A stretch of 60,281 nucleotides of DNA from an uncultured Alphaproteobacteria bacterium (GCA_903937405.1 CAIZZE010000072.1:1-60281), one strand, 5' to 3'. Positions 1-10,223 are shown, numbered from the stretch's first letter. Program-made: numbers and translations. The notes: generated from the letters alone by a model not told the origin.

Positions 1-77
1 GCAAACATATCGCGATTGAAAAAACTATTGATGAAAATAGTAAAATAAATGACGATGAAAAAGAAATTTCTGATAGT

Positions 78-2981
78 CTAAATTGTTAGAATTTTTACTG
101 TCGGAAAATGCAGAGTGTTAGATGAAGTTTGAGTTATTACATATAATCGATTTAACACCACGAAAGGATTAAAAATTTTCACATCTTTTAAAAAGCGATC
201 AACCTGCATTTGACAAGAAGAGCCGCTAACCATAATCACATTAGTTTGATCTTGCGCTAGTTTGGCAATTATCTGCTGCCAGTTACTTTCAAAAATTATT
301 TTAGAGTCGGCGAAATTTTCCACCTCAGTTCCAAAACTACCACTCATACCACAACAGCCAGCTTTGATGATATTTAAATCAATGGCAAATTTTTTGAAAA
401 TAGCACTCCATGTTTCGGTGATTTTTGTAATATTGGTTTGCTCAGAGCAATGTAAAATCAGGTGATATTTTTTTTCTGCGTTGAAATCTTTTTTAAAATC
501 AATTGGTCTTTCCAATTGGCCTAAAAATTCCGGCAAATATAAAACATCAATTTTTTGATCATTAAAACGGCAATATTCATCGCGATAAGAAAGTGCAATA
601 CTTGGATCAATGCTTATCAGCTGGCCTTGTAAACTATTTAGATAATCCAAATTCTTGGCAACAACTTTACGAAAACGGTTTAAAAAACCTTTAGCATGAA
701 GCGCTTTGCCATTTTCAAAAACTTTGGTTAATTCAACATTAAAACCCAATTTCTTCAGCAATTCGTAAGCATTTTGCAATTCATTGCTGCAAAAATAATT
801 AACGTAAGCTTCGCGCAATAAATAAATTTTATCTTTTGATTCAGATTTAGAGCCATCAATTCTCGCAGCTTTTCCAATCGCCAAAACATCAGTCACGCCA
901 AAAATTTTACGCGCTAAATATTTAGCAATTTTATTTTGAGTTAAAAAATTAACGACCTGAGGAAATTTTCCAAAAACCAATAATAAAGATTCGATATTTC
1001 CAATTAAATAATCCTGCGCTTTGCGAAAATTTTTGGTAAAATAAAGCGATAAAAAATAAGCCTTGGCATCAGGAATACTAACTTTAATCGGGCATTGCGT
1101 GTTACAAGCTTTGCAGCCTAAACATTTCTTAAAAGATTCAAAAATTTCGCTTTCAAGATTTTTCTTAAAAATATTTAAAAATTTCTGCGGCAAATTTTTA
1201 AAAGAATCAACAACATCAACTTTTATTGAAGGCAATTTTTGATTACGGCGCACCCATTCTTTAAAGAGCATCGCCCTGCCCTTTGGCGAAAAGCGCCGAT
1301 CTTTTGTTGCCTTATATGAAGGACACATCGCGGTTGCGGCATCTAAATTAAAACATAAAGCATTGCCGTTGCAGCTGAGAATATTTTCAAATTCATCATG
1401 AATTTCTGGCGCTATATTTTCATCAAACTGACCTCGCGTTGGAACTTGGTCAATTGCAAGTAAATTGTGATTTACAGCCGCAATTTTGCCGCAATTTAAT
1501 TGATTGAATGGATCAAAATATTTTTTGATTTCTTTAAAAATTTTTTCAACTTCAGCGCCTAAAAATTTTTCATTATATTCGCTTCTAAAACCTTTGCCAT
1601 GCTCGCCCCAAATTATGCCCCGATGTTGCAAAAGTAGCTCGCAAACTTCGTCAGAAATTTTTCTAATCAAATTGCGATCTTGCTCTTGGCGCATATTTAG
1701 CGCTGGTCGCACATGCAAACATCCAGCATCGACGTGACCGAACATTCCATAAACCACGCCATATTTTTTTAGAATATTACGAAAACCGGCAATGTAATTT
1801 GCCAATTCTTGCGGCGGCACAATTGTATCTTCAACAAATGGAATTGGTCTTCTTTTGCCTTTCATGGCGCCAAGCAAGCCAACGCCTTGTTTGCGCAAGT
1901 TCCAAATGTTGGCGATTTCAGTTTTATTTTCGATTAGAAAAAAATTTTCAAAAAGATAATTTCCTTGTTCAAGCTTCTGTTTTAAAGAGTCAGCGTGATT
2001 TTCAAATTCCTGCAAATCATCATAAGAAAATTCTAAAATATTAATTGAAGTGTCATTTCCATCACCAATCAAATGGGCAACATCTTGCCAAATAATGTCG
2101 TTTCGCGCTAAACGAATTACATTTTCATCAATAGTTTCAATCGCCGCTGGCTTTAGAGCGATAAGATTTTGCGCATCATTTAACGCGGCATCAAAATTTT
2201 TATAACGCAGCAAAACTACACGTTTTTTGAGCGGTAGTTTTTTTAGCTTTACCGTAATTTTACTAACTAAAGCCAAAGTGCCTTCCGAACCGCTGATTAA
2301 ATAATTTAAATCAACATCACCATCAGAGTAAGACTTCTCAATATTATAGGCTGTAGCGGTGCGCGCCAAGTGTTTTGAAGAATAAATATTTTGCGCTTTG
2401 GCTAAAATTGCACCCAGGTTTTTATCATTATTTTTCTTACTCGAAATTACATCGTCATTACCAAGTAAGTGCAATGTCAAATCTTCAATATTATCTGATG
2501 TTCTGCCGTGAACACACGAACCCTTACCGCAAGCATCAGTATTAACCATGCCACCAATTGTAGCGCGGTTGCTCGGTGAAATATTTGGCGGAAAATAAAG
2601 ATTAAATTTTTCGAGTTCTTTATTTAACACATCCAAAATCAAACCCGGTTCAACTTCGGCGCGCAGGTTTTTTTCATCAATTGCGATGATTTTATTCATG
2701 TAGCGCGAATAATCGACAATGAGTCCATAATTGATTGATTGACCGTTAGTACTAGTTCCGCCGCCTCGAGCTGTTATTTTTATTTGACGATATTTTTCCA
2801 GACGCAGAAATTTAAAAATCAGCGCTACATCGTTTTGATTTTTGGGAAAAATCACGCCGTCAGGCTTTAATTCGTAAATACTATTGTCGGTTGCGTAAGT
2901 AATGGCAACCGATTCATCAGTTGCAATATCGCCGCTAAAACCACTGTTTTTAAGATCAAAAAGAAAATTATTTAGGCGCAT
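78..2981 (-). CDS. ydiJ: Large FAD-linked oxidase fused to a 4Fe-4S/CCG (GlcD+GlcF-like) module, YdiJ-type; candidate D-2-hydroxyglutarate / 2-hydroxyacid dehydrogenase
   Basis: 967-aa ORF. N-terminal FAD-binding region (RGGGTSTNGQS), central ferredoxin-type CLGCKACNTQCP motif, and C-terminal CCG motif (CCGMSGSFG). Overlaps the serB stop by 10 nt. Confidence 0.72.
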   Translation of the reverse strand: MRLNNFLFDLKNSGFSGDIATDESVAITYATDNSIYELKPDGVIFPKNQNDVALIFKFLRLEKYRQIKITARGGGTSTNGQSINYGLIVDYSRYMNKIIAIDEKNLRAEVEPGLILDVLNKELEKFNLYFPPNISPSNRATIGGMVNTDACGKGSCVHGRTSDNIEDLTLHLLGNDDVISSKKNNDKNLGAILAKAQNIYSSKHLARTATAYNIEKSYSDGDVDLNYLISGSEGTLALVSKITVKLKKLPLKKRVVLLRYKNFDAALNDAQNLIALKPAAIETIDENVIRLARNDIIWQDVAHLIGDGNDTSINILEFSYDDLQEFENHADSLKQKLEQGNYLFENFFLIENKTEIANIWNLRKQGVGLLGAMKGKRRPIPFVEDTIVPPQELANYIAGFRNILKKYGVVYGMFGHVDAGCLHVRPALNMRQEQDRNLIRKISDEVCELLLQHRGIIWGEHGKGFRSEYNEKFLGAEVEKIFKEIKKYFDPFNQLNCGKIAAVNHNLLAIDQVPTRGQFDENIAPEIHDEFENILSCNGNALCFNLDAATAMCPSYKATKDRRFSPKGRAMLFKEWVRRNQKLPSIKVDVVDSFKNLPQKFLNIFKKNLESEIFESFKKCLGCKACNTQCPIKVSIPDAKAYFLSLYFTKNFRKAQDYLIGNIESLLLVFGKFPQVVNFLTQNKIAKYLARKIFGVTDVLAIGKAARIDGSKSESKDKIYLLREAYVNYFCSNELQNAYELLKKLGFNVELTKVFENGKALHAKGFLNRFRKVVAKNLDYLNSLQGQLISIDPSIALSYRDEYCRFNDQKIDVLYLPEFLGQLERPIDFKKDFNAEKKYHLILHCSEQTNITKITETWSAIFKKFAIDLNIIKAGCCGMSGSFGTEVENFADSKIIFESNWQQIIAKLAQDQTNVIMVSGSSCQMQVDRFLKDVKIFNPFVVLNRLYVITQTSSNTLHFPTVKILTI

Positions 2982-3646
2982 AAAAACTTGATCAAATCAC
3001 CAACATTATAGAAAAAGTTTGGCGCTTCTTTGATAACAGCTTCTCTCGCAGCATGTTCTCCAAAACCGCAGAAAATTACGTTGGGATTGGCTTTGGAAAC
3101 TTCCAAATCTGTGTAACCATCTCCTATCATGAAAATTTTATCGTAATATTTTTTGGTCAGAATTTGCGCCACAATTTTTGGTTTTCCACCATTTTGCGCC
3201 ATAATATTTGATTGATCAAAACCAACTATTTTCAAGCCTTCATAAATAAAATTATTAGCAAAACAATTTTCTTTGGCGATGCCTAATTTCTCTGCAACCG
3301 GATTGATAATTTCCAAAAAACCACCGGAAATAATGTAAATATTAAATTCAGATTTTAACTGCTTGATGCCAGAAACAAAACCATCGGTGATGTAATTACA
3401 AATTTCATTTTTTAGAGAATCGATGTCAGATTTTTCAAGTTTAATTTGGGCAAAGCGTAAACGCAGCGAATCAGCAAAGGTAAGCTTTCCCGACATTGCC
3501 ATATTGGTAATTTTTTCAACTTCTTGCTGATTTTCTTTCACAGTTTTACCAATCAAAAAATCAAGCGTTTCAATTGAAACTAAAGTTGAATCAAAATCAA
3601 AAATGGCACATTTAGTTGGCGCGTGCGGTTTCATAAGCATATTCAA
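2972..3646 (-). CDS. serB: Phosphoserine phosphatase (HAD superfamily)
   Basis: HAD motif I (FDFDSTL) near the N-terminus and GDGYTD near the C-terminus. Sits between serC and ydiJ with overlapping ends. Confidence 0.8.
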   Translation of the reverse strand: MNMLMKPHAPTKCAIFDFDSTLVSIETLDFLIGKTVKENQQEVEKITNMAMSGKLTFADSLRLRFAQIKLEKSDIDSLKNEICNYITDGFVSGIKQLKSEFNIYIISGGFLEIINPVAEKLGIAKENCFANNFIYEGLKIVGFDQSNIMAQNGGKPKIVAQILTKKYYDKIFMIGDGYTDLEVSKANPNVIFCGFGEHAAREAVIKEAPNFFYNVGDLIKFLCA

Positions 3647-4766
3647 ACCAGTTACATAAATTTTTTATATCTTCAGATTCAACGGTCAAACCACACCAAA
3701 CCCGAAATGATGGTGGCGCGGAATTGTAACCTTTAATGTCGAAAGCAACTTTTTCTGCTTGTAAAATTGCAGCAACTTTATCGATGAATATTCTTTGCTG
3801 ATCTTGCGCCAACTCTTTAAACCAGGTTTGCGAAATGGTAAAACAAACTGAAGTGCGCGATTGATATTTTTCATCGGCGCATAAATTTTCAAAATTTTTA
3901 GAAGTTTTTAAAAAGTGAGAAATTGCTGAGAAATTATTATTAACTCTTTCATACATCGCGGCAATGCCGCCATTTTGGTCGATCCAGCTTAAAACATCTT
4001 GAGCGTCAAGAATACAAGACATTGATGGAGTGTTGATAACAGAGCCTTCAAAAACATTGGCTTGAAATGCGCCTTTCTTTTTAAGCTGGTAAATTTTTGG
4101 GAGAGGCCAGTTTGGCGTATATTTTTCAATACGCTCAACTGCACGCTGGCTTAGGATTAAAACACCGTGCTGCGCTTCGCCGCCTAAAGATTTTTGCCAA
4201 GAATAAGTTGTGATATCGAGTTTACTAAAATCAATTGGCATCGAAAAGGTAGCGGAAGTTGCATCACAAAAGGTCAAACCTTTTCTGTCATTAGGAATGA
4301 AATCCAAATCATTAATGCAAACGCCAGAAGTTGTGCCATTCAATGTAAATACAACGTCATTATCGAAATTAACTGCGGCAAGATCAGGAATTTTACCAAA
4401 ATCAGCACTGAATTTGCGCACATCTTGTAAACGCAATTGTTCGGTAATTGCTTTATACCATTCAGCTCCAAAAGCTTCGAAATAAATTACATCAATTGGA
4501 CGTTCACCCAACATATTCCACATTGCACATTCAAAAGCGCCAGTATCGGAAGCGGCGATGATAGCGATTTTATAATCTTTGGGAACATCAAGAAATTTTA
4601 GACTTAAAGCGTTAACTTCGTTAATCAGATTAAGCGCCTCTTTTGAACGATGAGATCTGCCTAAAAGATCAGTTTTATTTAAGAATTCAGCATTCCAACC
4701 CGGACGCTTGGCGCAAGGGCCGCTGCTGAATTTATTTGATTGTGGTTTTGTGATTGGCTTAGTCAT
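3612..4766 (-). CDS. serC: Phosphoserine aminotransferase
   Basis: 384-aa aminotransferase-like ORF with the N-terminal FSSGPCAKRPGW segment typical of the short SerC type. Lies 3 nt downstream of serA and overlaps serB. Confidence 0.8.
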   Translation of the reverse strand: MTKPITKPQSNKFSSGPCAKRPGWNAEFLNKTDLLGRSHRSKEALNLINEVNALSLKFLDVPKDYKIAIIAASDTGAFECAMWNMLGERPIDVIYFEAFGAEWYKAITEQLRLQDVRKFSADFGKIPDLAAVNFDNDVVFTLNGTTSGVCINDLDFIPNDRKGLTFCDATSATFSMPIDFSKLDITTYSWQKSLGGEAQHGVLILSQRAVERIEKYTPNWPLPKIYQLKKKGAFQANVFEGSVINTPSMSCILDAQDVLSWIDQNGGIAAMYERVNNNFSAISHFLKTSKNFENLCADEKYQSRTSVCFTISQTWFKELAQDQQRIFIDKVAAILQAEKVAFDIKGYNSAPPSFRVWCGLTVESEDIKNLCNWFEYAYETARAN

Positions 4767-4769
4767 GTT

Positions 4770-5969
4770 TTACAAAATTCTAACTGAAATTGTTCCCGAA
4801 ATTTCTTTTAATGCTTGCTCCAAATTGCTGGGAATTGATTTCGATTCAACGTCCAAAACCACATAACCAATGCTGTTGTCGGTTGAGAGAATTTGTGACT
4901 GAATGTTTAAATCATATTTACTGATTTCCAAATTGATCGCTTGCAACATGCCTGGTGTGTTGACGTGAACGTGAGTAATTCTGCTGCATGATTCTTTTGT
5001 TTTTTGCAGCGATAAGTTTGGATAATTAACCGACATCGCAGTTGAGCCAATTAAATGGTTTTGCGCCAATTTATTTGACACTTCAATGGCAATGTTTTCT
5101 TGCGCTTCTTGCGTGCTGCCGCCGATATGCGGAGTTAGCAAAACATTATCGAATTTTCTGAGAGGCGAAATAAATTCTTCATTATTGCCGGCTGGTTCAC
5201 TTGGAAAAACATCGATTGCGGCACCGGCAATATGTTTTGATTCCAAGGCTTCTGCCAAAGCATCAATATCAATCACATTGCCTCTTGAAGCATTGATTAC
5301 AAAGGCTCCTTTCTTCATTTTTGCCAGACTATCTTTGTTAATAATATTGTTGGTGCTCTGATCTTGCGGCACATGCAATGTAATTACATCGGAATTTTTC
5401 AACAACTCATCCAAACTATTAACTTGACGGTTTGAACCAAATGGCAATTTATTTTCGACATCGTGATAAATCACATTCATACCAATCGCATCAGCAATCA
5501 CGCCAACTTGCGCGCCGATATTGCCATAACCGATAATTCCCAAAGTTTTATTTTTAATTTCGTTGCAGCCTTGCGCATTCTTGCTCCACATTCCTTTATG
5601 CATTTCAACATTTACGATATGCAATCTGCGGTAAAGCGAAATAATTTCGCCGATCACTAATTCAGCAACTGATCTGGTGTTGGAAAAAGGCGCGTTAAAA
5701 ACTGGAATGCCTAATATTTTTGCGGCTTCAAGATCAACTTGATCGGTGCCAATGCAAAAGCAACCAACGCAAGAAAGATTAGTAAATTTTTGCAAAACTT
5801 CTTTGGTTAATTTGCTGCGCGATCTGATTCCTAGAACATTTGCAGAAAACACTTCTTGTGGCGCATCTTCAATACTGGTTTTAAGAATTTGCACATTATC
5901 AATGCCGAATTTTTTAAAGACGGCAAGAGATGCCTCGCTGATATTTTCGAGAAGAACTACTTTTGTCAT
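4770..5969 (-). CDS. serA: D-3-phosphoglycerate dehydrogenase with C-terminal ACT-like regulatory domain
   Basis: D-2-hydroxyacid dehydrogenase NAD site (GIIGYGNIGAQVG), the LTPHIGGST catalytic region, and a C-terminal regulatory domain of about 70 aa. Confidence 0.85.
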   Translation of the reverse strand: MTKVVLLENISEASLAVFKKFGIDNVQILKTSIEDAPQEVFSANVLGIRSRSKLTKEVLQKFTNLSCVGCFCIGTDQVDLEAAKILGIPVFNAPFSNTRSVAELVIGEIISLYRRLHIVNVEMHKGMWSKNAQGCNEIKNKTLGIIGYGNIGAQVGVIADAIGMNVIYHDVENKLPFGSNRQVNSLDELLKNSDVITLHVPQDQSTNNIINKDSLAKMKKGAFVINASRGNVIDIDALAEALESKHIAGAAIDVFPSEPAGNNEEFISPLRKFDNVLLTPHIGGSTQEAQENIAIEVSNKLAQNHLIGSTAMSVNYPNLSLQKTKESCSRITHVHVNTPGMLQAINLEISKYDLNIQSQILSTDNSIGYVVLDVESKSIPSNLEQALKEISGTISVRIL

Positions 5970-6068
5970 GATTTTTTAAGCTGATTAGATTTTTAAAAAG
6001 AGCGCGGCAAATTAAAGTGAATGAGCTAAATTGCTACTGTTGGAATTGGAAATCTTTCTTTGTAATTA

Positions 6069-7022
6069 TTATCTAATCTCAACAAACGCTTTCTTGCGAA
6101 TATCCATCAAATTTCCTTTGGCTAAGGTTTGTAATTTCCTGCTAAAAATAGCATTGCGCGCGGCATTTAAATCCTGATCGGCGATTTTGGTTTCGGTTTT
6201 GGTATCAAACAATTTAAAAATATGAAAACCATCGGAAAGTGCAACCGGATCTGAATAGCCATCTTTTTTTAATTTGGAAATCGCATTATAAATTTTTGGC
6301 TCAATATCAGATTGCGAAACCCAGCCGATTTCACCATTATTTTCGGCATTTATTCCATTAGAAAATTGCTTTACCAAATTTTTGAAATCCGCTCCCTGCC
6401 TAAGCTCAATTACCAATTTTGCTGCAAATTGCTCCGCATTTTGCGCTGATTTTCCGGTTGGAGAAATCAAGATTTCAGCAACGTAAAATTTTTTGACATC
6501 AGTATTAAATTTATGCTGTTCAAAAAATTCTCTCACCTCAACTTCGGTAACTTTTACTCGGGATCGCAAAGTTTCAGAAATAATTTTTGACCATAAAATT
6601 TCGGCTTCAATCTGCTTCAAATAATGATCGAATGAAAAACCATTATTGATAAAGAAAATTTTAAACTGGGTTGGATTTTTCTTTTGCTGTAAAGCCACCA
6701 TTTCCACAGCATCAGCCACTTCTTCAGGAGTTGCTTCAATTTTTAAAGTTGCCGCTTCCTGCCTGATTAATTCTTCATCAACCATTTTATCGAGAATTTG
6801 GTTGAGCAATAATTTCTGGTCGTCAATTGATTGAATCGAGATTTTGGCAGAAGTTACAACATAGCGATAGCGATCAATTAGTTCAGAATTTGTAATCGCT
6901 TTATTATTGATTTTAGCAGTAATGAAATCACCGCTATTGGCAGGAATATTTAGTTTTAATTGAGCTGCGAATGAAGAAAGATTTGTCCAAAAAAGAAGAA
7001 TCAGAAAAATCAGTTTTTTCAT
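6069..7022 (-). CDS. SurA-like periplasmic chaperone / parvulin-type peptidyl-prolyl isomerase
   Basis: Signal peptide (MKKLIFLILLFWTNLSSFA), a SurA-N-like region, and a C-terminal rotamase domain (GEIGWVSQSDIEPKIY...GFHIFKL). Confidence 0.7.
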   Translation of the reverse strand: MKKLIFLILLFWTNLSSFAAQLKLNIPANSGDFITAKINNKAITNSELIDRYRYVVTSAKISIQSIDDQKLLLNQILDKMVDEELIRQEAATLKIEATPEEVADAVEMVALQQKKNPTQFKIFFINNGFSFDHYLKQIEAEILWSKIISETLRSRVKVTEVEVREFFEQHKFNTDVKKFYVAEILISPTGKSAQNAEQFAAKLVIELRQGADFKNLVKQFSNGINAENNGEIGWVSQSDIEPKIYNAISKLKKDGYSDPVALSDGFHIFKLFDTKTETKIADQDLNAARNAIFSRKLQTLAKGNLMDIRKKAFVEIR

Positions 7023-8350
7023 TTTTGTGATACCGCTTTATAAACGTCAACGCCGCGAACCAGATCAATTGCACGCGCCAGCTGGTAGTCCTGACTATAA
7101 AGATCAATATTATCATCACCAACTTTCTCTTTTTTAGAGTCAATTATAGCTTCCTGAATTTGAACTTCGATATGACCTTTCAAATCAGCTTCAGCATCAC
7201 GATCAACTTTTAATTGTTTTTCAATTTTAGCGTTAGTCACTTCAATATCAGGCTGAATGCCGGAAGCCTGAATTGATTTGCCGCTTGGAGTATAGTAAAG
7301 CGAAGTTGTTAAACGCAAAGCACCGTGGTTTTTTTCTAATGGAATTACAGTTTGAACCGAACCTTTGCCAAAAGATTTAATACCCATCACAACCGCGCGA
7401 TGGTGATCTTGCAAGGCTCCAGCGACAATTTCAGAAGCCGAAGCTGAACCATCATTAATCAAAACAACAATTGGCAAATGCGCGATTAAAGTTTCATCAG
7501 CTTCATCCTTATATTCTTTTGATTCCGAATTGCGGCCTTTAATTGAAACGATCACCTGATCTTTATTTAAAAATGTATCACTAACTTTAATGGCCTGATC
7601 CAGTAATCCGCCTGGATTATTACGCAAATCAAGAACTAAGCCTTTAAGATTTTTTTCACCAATTTGGCTTTTCATTTTTTTCAATTCTGCAGCCAAACCA
7701 GAATAAGCCTGCTCAGAAAAAGTATTGATTTTAATGTAAGCAACATCTTTGAACTTGGCCGATTTCACAGCTTTAACCTTGATAACCTGACGAGTAATAA
7801 TTTTTTCAAGCGGAGCTTTTTCGCCTTTGCGCAAAATCGTAACTTTAACTTTAGTTCCCGGTTTGCCGCGTAATTTTTTAACAACTTCTTCAATGGTTAA
7901 ACCAATTATCGATTTATCATCAACTTTTGTGATGTAATCTCCTGACTGAATTCCAACCTTAAATGCCGGCGTGTCATCAATTGCTGACACAACTTTTACA
8001 ACTGAAAATTCCAAAGTAATTTCAATACCAACTCCACCAAATTCACCTTTGGTTTGCACCTGCATTTCTTTTAATGCGTCTTCATTTAAATAAGATGAAT
8101 GAGGATCAAGAGATGATAAAAGACCAGATGCCGCGGCTTCAGCTAATTGACGATCAGTTTTTTCTTCAACATAATCTTTTTTTACTCGCGAAATCACATC
8201 TTCTAAAAACTCTTTTTGATCTTCTTGAGCTGAAGAAATTTTATCCCCTAATTCAATCTTTTTTATCTGAATTTGCGATAATGAAACCGCTGAGAAAAAA
8301 CCGATAAAAGTAGAGATGACAACGATCGCGGAAATTTTAAGATTTTTCAT
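7019..8350 (-). CDS. ctpA: Carboxy-terminal processing protease (S41 family) with PDZ domain
   Basis: N-terminal membrane anchor, PDZ region (GIQSGDYITKVDD), and S41 catalytic block (LINDGSASASEIVAGALQD...GKGSVQ). Confidence 0.85.
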   Translation of the reverse strand: MKNLKISAIVVISTFIGFFSAVSLSQIQIKKIELGDKISSAQEDQKEFLEDVISRVKKDYVEEKTDRQLAEAAASGLLSSLDPHSSYLNEDALKEMQVQTKGEFGGVGIEITLEFSVVKVVSAIDDTPAFKVGIQSGDYITKVDDKSIIGLTIEEVVKKLRGKPGTKVKVTILRKGEKAPLEKIITRQVIKVKAVKSAKFKDVAYIKINTFSEQAYSGLAAELKKMKSQIGEKNLKGLVLDLRNNPGGLLDQAIKVSDTFLNKDQVIVSIKGRNSESKEYKDEADETLIAHLPIVVLINDGSASASEIVAGALQDHHRAVVMGIKSFGKGSVQTVIPLEKNHGALRLTTSLYYTPSGKSIQASGIQPDIEVTNAKIEKQLKVDRDAEADLKGHIEVQIQEAIIDSKKEKVGDDNIDLYSQDYQLARAIDLVRGVDVYKAVSQK

Positions 8351-8476
8351 GAAAAGAAAATGTGATGGAAATTTAGATGTTTTTAGAAACGCACTTATCT
8401 AGAGCCTGTACAAGATCTTTTTTAATTTCAGATTTAGACAGGCTCTTGTAAAAATAACCGCAAAACTAAACTAAAT

Positions 8477-8878
8477 TTACTGAATGCCGTATTCTTCTTT
8501 TAACTCATCAGTAATTGACGCAGGTGGTTCATCACCATAAGCTGAAAAAAGGATTTTACCATAATTTTCCAAGTGAATGATATCATCATTCAAAGCTTTT
8601 AGGAAAAGTTGAACTTTAAGACGTTCAACTAAAACATAATACCAAGCGTTACGGCCGGCATCAACACCTTTAACAAGGTAAATTTGTTCTGCTTGCATTT
8701 TTTTCTGAGGATCAATTGGTTTTTTAGGAGCTTTCGGAGTTACTCCGCTAGCGGTAGAAGACTGATTTTGAGTTTGTAAGTTTTCCGAAGTAAATGATTT
8801 TTTCCCGACAGAGTCGGCAAAACCACCACCTTGAGAACCCTTACTGGCAAATCTTGAAGCAAAGCTATTGTCAGCCAT
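8477..8878 (-). CDS. Hypothetical protein with low-complexity N-terminal half and compact C-terminal domain
   Basis: 133-aa ORF. The N-terminus is Ser/Gly/Gln-rich, followed by LVKGVDAGRNAWYYVLVERLKVQLF. No family recognised. Confidence 0.5.
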   Translation of the reverse strand: MADNSFASRFASKGSQGGGFADSVGKKSFTSENLQTQNQSSTASGVTPKAPKKPIDPQKKMQAEQIYLVKGVDAGRNAWYYVLVERLKVQLFLKALNDDIIHLENYGKILFSAYGDEPPASITDELKEEYGIQ

Positions 8879-8884
8879 AATACT

Positions 8885-9061
8885 TTATGAATTTTGTTTT
8901 TGAGGATTTTTAGAATTTTTAATCCACCATTCATTGATAGATTTTTTTGGTCCACATGGCCCATCGTCATTAGAAACACATGGGCTTTTGACGTCTATTA
9001 CTTTGCTTGAACAAGAAGCAGCAAAGAAAAAAGCTGTCAGAATAAAAATTACCTTTTTCAT
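8885..9061 (-). CDS. Small putative lipoprotein (58 aa), below the ORF-track cutoff
   Basis: Hand translation: MKKVIFILTAFFFAASCSSKVIDVKSPCVSNDDGPCGPKKSINEWWIKNSKNPQKQNS. Signal peptide plus a lipobox-like AASC. The stop lies 6 nt upstream of the next gene's start. Confidence 0.45.
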   Translation of the reverse strand: MKKVIFILTAFFFAASCSSKVIDVKSPCVSNDDGPCGPKKSINEWWIKNSKNPQKQNS

Positions 9062-9173
9062 GTTTGATGATTTTTTAAAAAAGAATTAGTTAAAGAAAAA
9101 ACTAAGTGCTTGCTTGAATTTTTCAATAAGTAAAAATTCAAATTATTATTTTAACTTATTTTCCTTATAAATT

Positions 9174-10223
9174 TTGTCACAAAATCTTTTTAACAAAACC
9201 TTAATTATTGGTCTTGGATTAATTGGCGGATCATTCGCTAAAGCCATTCGCAAAGCTCAAATCAGCAAAGAAATTTTTGCTTTTGACATTGATATTGAAT
9301 CAATTGATCTCTCTAAAAACGATGGCGTAATTGATGGCGGCGTTGATGAGCTTCAATATATTGAAGATTTATCAAGTTTCGATTTAATCGTGATTGCCAC
9401 TCCACTTTCGGCTTACGAAGAAATTTTTGATGAAATTGCCAATCGCGTTTTTCCAAAAACTATTGTTATCGACCTTGGTTCATTAAAAAGTTTTATCAAC
9501 AAGATTTTACCAAAAAATTTAGAAAATAATTTTGTCGGCTGCCATCCAATTGCCGGATCGGAAAAAATTAATTTTGAAAATTCAGAAGTTGATCTTTTTT
9601 TAGGTAAAAAATTTGTGATTTGTAAAAACCCTGAAAACTCAAATGAGATCATAAAAAAAGTTGAAAACCTCGCCAAATCAATAGGCTGCGATGTTGATTT
9701 TATTGATGCCGATAAGCATGATGAAATTTACGCATTAGTTTCACATTTACCGCAATTTTTATCTTTTTTAACCAAAGAATTTTCACCAAAAAATATTGAA
9801 GGCGATTTTTTAGCCAAAGCCTTTCGCCTTGATAATTCCGACCCTGATATTTGGGCTGATATTTTTGAATTAAATGAAGAAAATCTTGAAGAATTTTATT
9901 TAGAGTTTTTTGATAATTTAGAAGAAGAAATTTCGATAGTAAAACACGGTCAATTTGTTTTACCAAATCAAGCAAACCAATCATTTACAGATTATGAAAT
10001 GCAATATTTTGAAGAAAATTTTGCGCCAATATTTTTCCGCGCTTTAATTGTTTTAAGCTATTTAAAAATTCCAGCGATCAAAAACTTCAAAATCCATGCT
10101 GGTTCTGGTTTTAAAGACTTTACATCAATTATCGAAATCTTGAATTTTGCGCCAGAAAAACTGCAAAATTCAATTTCAAAAAATCAGAAAAAAATTCTAA
10201 ACCTTTTTAGTTCAATCTCATGA
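9174..10223 (+). CDS. tyrA: Prephenate/arogenate dehydrogenase
   Basis: N-terminal Rossmann motif ([12 protein letters not shown]) and the GCHPIAGSE signature of prephenate dehydrogenases. TTG start. Confidence 0.75.
   Translation: MSQNLFNKTLIIGLGLIGGSFAKAIRKAQISKEIFAFDIDIESIDLSKNDGVIDGGVDELQYIEDLSSFDLIVIATPLSAYEEIFDEIANRVFPKTIVIDLGSLKSFINKILPKNLENNFVGCHPIAGSEKINFENSEVDLFLGKKFVICKNPENSNEIIKKVENLAKSIGCDVDFIDADKHDEIYALVSHLPQFLSFLTKEFSPKNIEGDFLAKAFRLDNSDPDIWADIFELNEENLEEFYLEFFDNLEEEISIVKHGQFVLPNQANQSFTDYEMQYFEENFAPIFFRALIVLSYLKIPAIKNFKIHAGSGFKDFTSIIEILNFAPEKLQNSISKNQKKILNLFSSIS

Noticed and set aside
1-89. Possible 3' end of a + strand gene entering the window (frame 3, ...KHIAIEKTIDENSKINDDEKEISDSLNC*)
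   Set aside because: Only 29 codons are visible, the sequence is low-complexity, and it overlaps the ydiJ stop. It cannot be distinguished from non-coding sequence without upstream data.
262-2044. Several 65-81-aa + strand ORFs inside ydiJ, and analogous antisense ORFs inside serC, serA, ctpA, argS, infB, cydA, gspF and others
   Set aside because: All are nested antisense or out of frame within long ORFs that have strong family signatures. They are short and compositionally biased.
8401-8446. 9-bp inverted repeat AGAGCCTGT...ACAGGCTCT with a 28-nt loop between ctpA and the upstream gene
   Set aside because: The loop is too large for an intrinsic terminator, there is no T-tract, and it occurs only once in the window.
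8740-8979. 79-aa minus-strand ORF overlapping both the 133-aa gene and the small lipoprotein ORF
   Set aside because: It lies in an alternative frame bridging two better-supported ORFs, and it has no signal or domain features.
9114-9141. 10-bp inverted repeat TTGAATTTTT-N8-AAAAATTCAA upstream of tyrA
   Set aside because: It is composed almost entirely of A/T in an AT-rich promoter region, so it could be an operator but is equally expected by chance. It matches no known box.
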